Notes under the pieces: generated by a model | Databases searched by the model: none | What the model saw: only the letters and a program-made list of their open reading frames with translations | What the model was told of the DNA's origin: nothing | Made by a program: the position numbers and the translations under genes | Part shown: one piece after another, positions 57,559-64,000 of the stretch | How the letters are laid out: every line of letters begins with the position of its first letter | How positions within the stretch are numbered: position 1 is the first letter of the stretch | Origin: an uncultured virus (IMG/VR IMGVR_UViG_3300020045_006345) | Taxonomy: Duplodnaviria; Heunggongvirae; Uroviricota; Caudoviricetes | Direction: 5' to 3' (one strand) | IMG/VR virus record: IMGVR_UViG_3300020045_006345 | DNA length: 64,000 bases

Positions 57559-57768
57559 TTACAAGAAACAGCACTCGGATAGTAGCGTATGGGTACGGCA
57601 TCATGGGATTCGGTAGCTCCAATTGGCTACGACTAATGCGGAATCCTGGCGTAAAAGGCACTCACGACCACCCTGAGCCTTGGCAGAACCGCGCATAAAC
57701 CTGGATTTGGGTCGATTAAGTTTGAAGTCCAGGTCGATTACCCCATTGCCGAGCGCTGTCCCTTGTAA
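57559..57768 (+). ncRNA. Candidate ~210-nt multi-stem structured RNA
   Basis: Nested long-range pairings and internal hairpins (see findings). Confidence 0.5.
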
Positions 57769-57785
57769 AATTTCAAACTGGAGAC

Positions 57786-58154
57786 TTGAGTATGCAACCT
57801 AATATCGGCCTCTGTATCGGTGGCCCAATGGCGGGTAAAATCGTGGAAATGCACGGAGACCATTTCGCGTGCCACGTACTTAGCCCGACAGAGATACTCC
57901 CGGTACCCCACCAAGCCGTAGTGCAACGTTGTAACGCCATCACCTACCTGTGGGACTACTTATGGGTAGACGGTGAGAAGATTTACGCTTGGTTACCCAT
58001 CTCGATCATAGCGAATCACGGTTCAATTTTTGACAAGATTCTTAAAGAATACTCGGACGTTTGCGACCAGCGGGATCGAGCCAAATCCGCACTCTGTAAG
58101 ATATTCCCGATAGATATTGCAAACAAAATTCTCGACGGGAGTTACAGCCCATGA
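57786..58154 (+). CDS. Hypothetical protein
   Basis: CIGGPMAG motif; ACTGGAGA RBS. Confidence 0.6.
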   Translation: MSMQPNIGLCIGGPMAGKIVEMHGDHFACHVLSPTEILPVPHQAVVQRCNAITYLWDYLWVDGEKIYAWLPISIIANHGSIFDKILKEYSDVCDQRDRAKSALCKIFPIDIANKILDGSYSP

Positions 58155-58480
58155 AGGAAAAAGATGTTTTCGACATACAAACTACTATGCTCGATGGTTG
58201 TATAGCCTACGAGTTGGGAGGAAATTGGCGACTGGTATTTAGTAAGGCAAAACACCGTGCCATAGGCGCTAAACGACGCGCTTTGGAACTGTTACAACGC
58301 GCTGATGATAAGGCCATGGATCGAATATGCAGGACTTTTATGGAGCATGTACCCCTGAGCTGGGACGGTTGGACAAATGGGGATTTCTGGGATGACGACC
58401 GGTGTATGGACGACGGTAGTATATTTGCACACGCCGCGCCGGAGAACGACGCTCCGCAATCGACCTTTTACCAGACTTAG
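58151..58480 (+). CDS. Hypothetical protein
   Basis: 109-aa coupled ORF. Confidence 0.55.
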   Translation: MKEKDVFDIQTTMLDGCIAYELGGNWRLVFSKAKHRAIGAKRRALELLQRADDKAMDRICRTFMEHVPLSWDGWTNGDFWDDDRCMDDGSIFAHAAPENDAPQSTFYQT

Positions 58481-58494
58481 ATTAGGAGTAAGAT

Positions 58495-58731
58495 GTGGGG
58501 ATGTTCGATTCAGTAGTTATGCTTTGCCCAAGTTGCGAAGCCTATTTGAGCCTACAGTCTAAAGCGGGGGAGTGTGCATTAAAAGAGTACCCGATACACA
58601 ATGTCCCGGTGGAGATTGCTGTAAGCATTGAAGGAGATACCGTAGTGTGCCCAACATGTAATACTAAGTTTAGGATTTACCGACAGGTAGCCGTAGACTT
58701 TGTGCCCATGCAGTTAGTAGCGGTACCCTAA
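58495..58731 (+). CDS. Small Zn-ribbon protein
   Basis: MGMFDSV..CPSC...QSKAGEC...CPTC. Confidence 0.65.
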   Translation: MGMFDSVVMLCPSCEAYLSLQSKAGECALKEYPIHNVPVEIAVSIEGDTVVCPTCNTKFRIYRQVAVDFVPMQLVAVP

Positions 58732-58793
58732 CTGCGTTCTTATAATGCGTTCGTTCAGACAATAGCGAACCCTCAAGCTGGAGGTCAATCAGC

Positions 58794-59123
58794 GTGTTAA
58801 ATTTAATCACAATACTGGCTTTTGCAATGGCACCAATGCCATCCGAGAGCCGCACGATGTTAGCGTCCTGGTATGACCACGGGCAAACTACCGCTTCAGG
58901 CGAAAAGTTCAACCCTGATGGCCTTACAGCGGCACACAAGACTCTTAAATTCGGAACGAAGGTTCGCATCCGATATGGGTCACGGGAAGTAAAGGTCCGC
59001 ATAAATGATCGCGGCCCGTTTACTAAAGGGAGGCATTTGGATCTTTCCCGTGGGGCAGCAAGAGCCTTGGGATTCAAAGACGTTGACAAAGTAGAAGTTT
59101 TGTCGATAATAGAGCCTTCCTAA
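58794..59123 (+). CDS. rlpA: RlpA-like double-psi beta-barrel lytic transglycosylase
   Basis: ASWY, TASGEKF, TAAHKTLKFGT, VRINDRGPF, LDLSRGAA. Confidence 0.9.
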   Translation: MLNLITILAFAMAPMPSESRTMLASWYDHGQTTASGEKFNPDGLTAAHKTLKFGTKVRIRYGSREVKVRINDRGPFTKGRHLDLSRGAARALGFKDVDKVEVLSIIEPS

Positions 59124-59164
59124 TGCTCACATTAGGTTTCCTCTAAGAAGTTAAAATTCCTCAT

Positions 59165-59200
59165 AATCCGGTGCTTGGATAAGGCACCGGATTTTTTTTT
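59165..59200 (+). terminator. Intrinsic terminator
   Basis: AATCCGGTGC-TT...AAGGCACCGGATT followed by a T run. Confidence 0.85.
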
Positions 59201-59217
59201 ATCTAAATTTACACGCA

Positions 59218-59250
59218 GCACTTGACACGCTTTTAGCCCATCTATAAACT
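59218..59250 (+). promoter_or_regulatory. Sigma70-type promoter of the J/vWA/PurA-like operon
   Basis: GCAC-TTGACA-CG, 17 nt, TAAACT. Confidence 0.7.
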
Positions 59251-59284
59251 AGGCACATGTTTTAGCAAACTGGAGCCGAAAAAC

Positions 59285-60247
59285 ATGTTGACCAAAGAGC
59301 AAATTTTGGCTTGTAAAGAGCCAGAGGACTTGTTTTCGAGGGAAAACCACAAAAGCCTATACAAAGACCTTGCTAGGCAATGGCACCCCGATAGATCGGG
59401 CGGTAGTGACGTTATTTTCGCTAAAGTGAATACTCTGTACGACAAGGTTAGAGGGTTCAATGATAGCGATTGGAAACGTAACGGCATCGTCATGCTAGAA
59501 GGTGACGCGCACCACTACCTACTTAAAGACGATTTTGAATTGGGTACCTGTTACGTACTCAGATCTGGGGTAGTTATCGAATTGCTTCCTGATAACATGG
59601 ACCTTCTTGAAAACTACTATATCCTAAGTCGTAACATAGCTTACTCAAACGATAAGATTAAAGCCGAAATGTCTCGATACTTGCCGGGGCAGGTGTCTAT
59701 ATGTCGTCAAGCCGTTAAAGTACAGGGTCTTCCAGGGTATATCCGACTAAAAGACGTCGGCATCTTGGACGCTAAACATGTAGCCTGGATAGTGTCACGC
59801 TTATTGAATTTCTGCTGCTTTCTTAAAAGCACTAGGCTAACGCACAATGCGCTAACCACCGAAAACGTATTCATTCTCCCCGAAAGTCACCAGATACAGG
59901 TGCTTGGTGGTTGGTTTTACGCGGTACCCGAAGGTGGGAACCTAAAGGCCGCACCCTATAAGGCTATAGAATATGGCCCTTATAAACTGCGTACCGAGAA
60001 GAAAGGCCGGTACCAAAATGATTTAGAGATGGTCAAAGCTCTGGCAAGAGAACTGCTCGGTAGTATCGACGGCGTTAACTTGCAAGCGCCTAAATCCATG
60101 GTTGACTACTTGACCCTTCCTGCTGGGTATGATCCTCTTGAAGAGTTCGACCACTGGTACAACACGGTTCTTGATAAAGCATTCGGCGCAAAGACATTCG
60201 TCGTGCTCGACATGAGCCAAAAATCAATTTATAGACTGGAGAAATAA
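59285..60247 (+). CDS. J-domain (HPD) + degenerate protein-kinase-like fold
   Basis: LARQWHPDR; HVAWIVSRLL...THNALTTENVFI...VLGGWFYA. Confidence 0.72.
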   Translation: MLTKEQILACKEPEDLFSRENHKSLYKDLARQWHPDRSGGSDVIFAKVNTLYDKVRGFNDSDWKRNGIVMLEGDAHHYLLKDDFELGTCYVLRSGVVIELLPDNMDLLENYYILSRNIAYSNDKIKAEMSRYLPGQVSICRQAVKVQGLPGYIRLKDVGILDAKHVAWIVSRLLNFCCFLKSTRLTHNALTTENVFILPESHQIQVLGGWFYAVPEGGNLKAAPYKAIEYGPYKLRTEKKGRYQNDLEMVKALARELLGSIDGVNLQAPKSMVDYLTLPAGYDPLEEFDHWYNTVLDKAFGAKTFVVLDMSQKSIYRLEK

Positions 60248-60248
60248 C

Positions 60249-61169
60249 ATGGGTGGTGGAAGCTGGGCACCAAAAGATTGGGCCACATATTCAACAACGG
60301 CTAAAACGCGTTCCGTAAAGGAAACGTTTACGTCAACGTATTTACACAAAGATCTGGACCCGAAAGGGGTAGTGAATCGCGAATCTCGCGACTCTACGAA
60401 CCACCCACAGAGTACAGCAATCGGTATCTTTCTGGATGTAACGGGGTCGATGGGTAATATCGCAAAAGAGATCGCGGCTACCGGACTAGGTACTATTGTA
60501 GAGAACATCTACGACAAGAAGCCCGTTACGGATCCACAGATCCTGGTTGGTGCTGTAGGGGACTCTCTCTGTGACAAAGTTCCGCTACAGGTGAGCCAAT
60601 TCGAATCCGACATGACGATGGTCGATCAGATTCGTAAGATCTATGTCGAGGGCGGAGGCGGTGGCAACACGTTCGAGTCCTATGCGTTACCGCTATATTT
60701 TATGGCAATGCACACCGACATCGATTGTTTTAACAAACGAGGTGAGAAGGGTTTTCTGTTCACCATTGGCGATGAAGGCCCAGAACTATTGGTCCATAAG
60801 CGGTCGATTGCGCAATTTATCGGCGACGAAGTCCAAGCCGATCTTCCGCTGGCAGAGTTGCTGACGTTGGTACGTAGAAAGTACCACTACTTCCACCTCC
60901 TGATCGAAGAAGGGTCGCACTGCCGCGCATTCCCCGTTAAAACAAAAGCTGATTGGGTGGACCAAATAGGCCAAAACTTGATCCTTGTTAGTGATTACAC
61001 AAAACTGGGAGAGATCATTGTGTCAACTATTCAGTTAATCGCTGGCACGCCCGTGGAAGAAGTTATTAAAGGGTGGAGTGGCGACACTTCTATCGCGGTA
61101 GCGCATGCTGTTAAAGGCATGACCGCTTCCGGTTCAAACAGTGCGTCTAAAGGCGTAACGAGGTTCTAA
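60249..61169 (+). CDS. vWA (MIDAS) domain protein
   Basis: FLDVTGSMG, QVSQFESD, EGGGGGNTFESY, FTIGDE. Confidence 0.8.
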   Translation: MGGGSWAPKDWATYSTTAKTRSVKETFTSTYLHKDLDPKGVVNRESRDSTNHPQSTAIGIFLDVTGSMGNIAKEIAATGLGTIVENIYDKKPVTDPQILVGAVGDSLCDKVPLQVSQFESDMTMVDQIRKIYVEGGGGGNTFESYALPLYFMAMHTDIDCFNKRGEKGFLFTIGDEGPELLVHKRSIAQFIGDEVQADLPLAELLTLVRRKYHYFHLLIEEGSHCRAFPVKTKADWVDQIGQNLILVSDYTKLGEIIVSTIQLIAGTPVEEVIKGWSGDTSIAVAHAVKGMTASGSNSASKGVTRF

Positions 61170-62272
61170 TGCGTTCACATGCAGTCATAGGTATGAATTT
61201 TGGCGACGAGGGTAAAGGTCTTATGACAGATTACCTCGTCCATAAATTTGGCGGGACAGTAGTGCGGGTTAACGGCTCTGCGCAAGCGGGGCACACCGTA
61301 GTTACTCCTGAAGGTAAACGCCACGTTTTCCACCATTTCGGTTCTGGGACATTCTTGGGTGCACCTACGCACCTGAGTTTGTACTTCATGGTTCACCCCA
61401 TGTTGTTCAGACCGGAACGTGATGTCTTAACTAAAGAGTTTGGCTTGAAACCGGTGGTATCCTGCTCCCCAGTAGCGCAAATCATAACGCCCTACGATAT
61501 GGCACTAAACCAGCTTATCGCCGATAAGAGTCAGCACGGTAGTGTTGGCATGGGGGTTCATGAGTGCTGGTTACGTCAACGAACGTTGCCATTCTGCGTT
61601 AACGATTTAGAAACAGACCTGCTGTACGGCATGTCTTTGTTCGAGTCTCGCATGAGCACGCATGCTGAGTTTGCTTTGTGGAGAGCGGCAGCCATGGGCG
61701 TAAACCTAATCGATCACCCCGTAATGCAAAATGAAGACGTCGTGGCCCGGTTTAAAGAGGATTGCAAGTTTTTCGTAGAGAATTTATCCAAGTTTTCGCC
61801 CACAGAGCACTATGTTTTTGAAGGGGCGCAGGGTCTTCAGCTCGATCCTCGGTACGGCGTCATGCCCTACTGTACTCCAAGCGATTGCGGTATGCGTAAC
61901 GTGGCTTATGTTGCCGATAGTCTTGGGGTTTCAGTAGAAGCGGTCTACGTTACCCGCAGTTACGTAACTCGGCACGGTAATGGCCCTTTGGACCATGAGT
62001 GGACGGAGTATGGCACTTGTTTTGAAGATAAAACCAATTTAGACCACGTATACCAAGGCCCATTACGTTTCGGAGAACTTCGCGGACACTATTTTGAAAC
62101 GGCGCAAAAAGATTTTGCAAACTTCAGCCGTTATGGAGACATACAGCGTTTCGCCGTAACACACTTAGACCAACACGACAGCGGCGCTCACCATAGGCAT
62201 ACCCCTAAATATTTTGCCAATGGTGAAACCCGCCTTAACGTAAGTGAAGAGAGGCACTACGCAACTGACTAA
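61169..62272 (+). CDS. Adenylosuccinate synthetase-like protein (divergent, shortened PurA family)
   Basis: GMNFGDEGKG, NGSAQAGHTV, HGSVGMG, FEGAQGLQLD, YVTRHGNGPL, VTHLD. Confidence 0.85.
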   Translation: MRSHAVIGMNFGDEGKGLMTDYLVHKFGGTVVRVNGSAQAGHTVVTPEGKRHVFHHFGSGTFLGAPTHLSLYFMVHPMLFRPERDVLTKEFGLKPVVSCSPVAQIITPYDMALNQLIADKSQHGSVGMGVHECWLRQRTLPFCVNDLETDLLYGMSLFESRMSTHAEFALWRAAAMGVNLIDHPVMQNEDVVARFKEDCKFFVENLSKFSPTEHYVFEGAQGLQLDPRYGVMPYCTPSDCGMRNVAYVADSLGVSVEAVYVTRSYVTRHGNGPLDHEWTEYGTCFEDKTNLDHVYQGPLRFGELRGHYFETAQKDFANFSRYGDIQRFAVTHLDQHDSGAHHRHTPKYFANGETRLNVSEERHYATD

Positions 62273-62288
62273 ATACGTTAGTGATCGA

Positions 62289-64000
62289 CTAAGTTAAATT
62301 GTACTTATCTACGAGGTAGCCTAATTTTGGGTTTACCTCGTAGCCGCGTTCTTGACGATTTTTGGTGTGTTCCTGAATCGCTTTGATTGAACGTTTGATG
62401 CTATCAGCTTTGATAGGCCAATTTGGGTGCTTTTTATTCCACTCAACGATCTCTACTCTTGGTAGAGGTTCGCCATCTAGTTTCGCGTGGGCAGCTTTGC
62501 TTACAAGCGAATTTCTAAGATCCGTAATCGCATGTTCTGCAGCTTTTGTGTAGCCACGTTCAGCGTAGCGCACCTCTAAGTTGGAACTACTAAAACCAAG
62601 TGCCTGGAGGAACGCTTCCGCTGCGTTAATGTCTTTTATTTTCTGACCATCTAAGGATCTAGCGTCTTCCATGGCATACCTTCCAGCTTTCATAACGTCC
62701 TTAATTACTTTAGGTACCGACTGCTCGAAGGCTCTATAAACGTGACCATCTGAACCAAGCTTTAAACCTTCTGCTACGTTTTGCAAAATACTGCCAAAAG
62801 GCCCGGTTAAGCTGGCGAGATAGTTTGTCGCAGCATCTCTACCTTCCAGTTCCATGATTGGCTGGCGGAACAGTAAGTCGTGCATGCTGGTTCTATCCGC
62901 TAAATTGATAGGGGTTAGGGCATTTCCGATGCCCTTTGTTAAGAGCGTAGCGCCTGTTTCACCAAACCAGTCAGTTAGTGTGGTACGGAGTTCACGTTCA
63001 GTATCCCAAGGCTCATCGTCATCCCCTGGTACCAAATTGCCGATCATATTCAAGATAACCATAATCGCACCAGTTAACGGCATGCCCAAAGCTCCAGCGA
63101 AAGCGCCTTGTAGAACGAATAAAGCGTTGAACGTTCTGGCAGCTTCTTTAATCTCCTGTTGTAAAGCGTCGCGTTCTGGGCCAGGAGGTAATTTCTCCCA
63201 AGCATTTTTGGCATAGGCTATCCGACCTGCAGCGGTAGAACCCCACAGCCATAACATGGATTGTTGATACTTCTTAAACTGAAACGCTACGCCAGCTAAC
63301 GGGCCTCTGAAAAGTCGTGCTGCGTTCTCAGCGGTATAGTCAAAATGCGCCTTAGTATTAACTTCCCGTGCGTAAGCCATTGCCCTTTCATGTAACGTAC
63401 CAGGGGTTGTATTCGGGTCTTTGGCTAACTTATCCCGTTCCAAACGATACGCAGCGAGAAGAGTCATCTCCCGGTTTGCGCGTTCTCCGTGATGAAACAT
63501 CCAACCCATAGATTTAGTCAGTTCGTGTAACTTACCGCCGTGCTCTTCCCCGGCAGCTCCTACGCCTGCGTGGTCGAAGGTTTGGGTTCTTGAAATATCC
63601 CCCGCGTCTTTAATCTCTTCGAAGAATGTTATTTCATCTTCTAATTCATCCGCTAGGGCAGTATTATTAGCTTTCAATGCCTCTAATCGTCTTAGTTTCA
63701 AAACCTGCGTTATAGACCAGTTACCATCTTCGTCCGCAGCGGCTGGGCCTCTAACGTTATTAAGAGCTTCCTTCAACGACGTTACAGCTTGTAAATTCCC
63801 GGCCTGTTTAGCCGCCGCAAGCTGGGTCTCTATTTGCGCTATCTGTGCCGCGTTTTGTTTTTCGTACAGGTACGTGTACGCTTTCTGGCCCGATAAAAGG
63901 TAGCTCCAGCCATTGTTACCTGCCCAACCCATAGACCTCGCTTGATTGAATTCCTGAAGTGTCTTACCAAACGCTTTCAGAGTATCCACGGTACCGTGTC
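62289..64000 (-). CDS. C-terminal part of a large internal-virion/polyvalent protein (PLxRFG-associated type); begins beyond the right edge
   Basis: FHHGERANRE..AAYRL, HFDYTAENAAR, FQFKKY, GALGMPL motifs. Confidence 0.7.
   Translation of the reverse strand, partial: HGTVDTLKAFGKTLQEFNQARSMGWAGNNGWSYLLSGQKAYTYLYEKQNAAQIAQIETQLAAAKQAGNLQAVTSLKEALNNVRGPAAADEDGNWSITQVLKLRRLEALKANNTALADELEDEITFFEEIKDAGDISRTQTFDHAGVGAAGEEHGGKLHELTKSMGWMFHHGERANREMTLLAAYRLERDKLAKDPNTTPGTLHERAMAYAREVNTKAHFDYTAENAARLFRGPLAGVAFQFKKYQQSMLWLWGSTAAGRIAYAKNAWEKLPPGPERDALQQEIKEAARTFNALFVLQGAFAGALGMPLTGAIMVILNMIGNLVPGDDDEPWDTERELRTTLTDWFGETGATLLTKGIGNALTPINLADRTSMHDLLFRQPIMELEGRDAATNYLASLTGPFGSILQNVAEGLKLGSDGHVYRAFEQSVPKVIKDVMKAGRYAMEDARSLDGQKIKDINAAEAFLQALGFSSSNLEVRYAERGYTKAAEHAITDLRNSLVSKAAHAKLDGEPLPRVEIVEWNKKHPNWPIKADSIKRSIKAIQEHTKNRQERGYEVNPKLGYLVDKYNLT

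Noticed and set aside
61169..62272. PurZ / Z-genome (2-aminoadenine) pathway, given the MazG-like genes and Pol A
   Set aside because: The protein keeps the PurA-type Asp (GDEGKG) rather than the PurZ Ser, no HD-family dATPase was recognised, and the gene is not in the replication cluster.

Overview
The window is most of the genome of a tailed dsDNA phage, probably podovirus-like and infecting a proteobacterium; it is cut at both edges inside virion genes. From 1 to 24.6 kb the minus strand carries structural, packaging and lysis genes (tail/LamG protein, major capsid, scaffold, portal, TerL, TerS, lytic transglycosylase). These are interleaved with two paralogous Zn-ribbon/endonuclease genes and an internally deleted ISL3 element with intact inverted repeats and an 8-bp target duplication. 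24.6-26.4 kb is a non-coding switch region with long palindromes, GNA mini-hairpins and a near-canonical XerC/D dif site flanked by IHF-like sites. 26.4-34.6 kb holds small early genes on the plus strand. 35.5-52.9 kb is replication and nucleotide metabolism (primase-helicase, DUF2800 nuclease, SSB, Pol A, dNMP kinase, ThyA, DHFR, dCMP deaminase fused to an RNAP alpha-CTD, SNF2 helicase, DHH, HU). 52.9-62.3 kb is an accessory RNA/stress island. It has tRNAs, a Ro60 (TROVE) gene preceded by three minimal Y-RNA-like units and one circularly permuted tRNA/Y-RNA chimera, a repeat-spacer-repeat whose 32-nt spacer matches the phage's own traR gene, TerB, RlpA, and a J-domain/kinase-like + vWA + adenylosuccinate-synthetase-like operon. 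The Ro60/Y-RNA locus is the best candidate for an undescribed system. All calls come from reading motifs by eye; no searches or folding programs were run.
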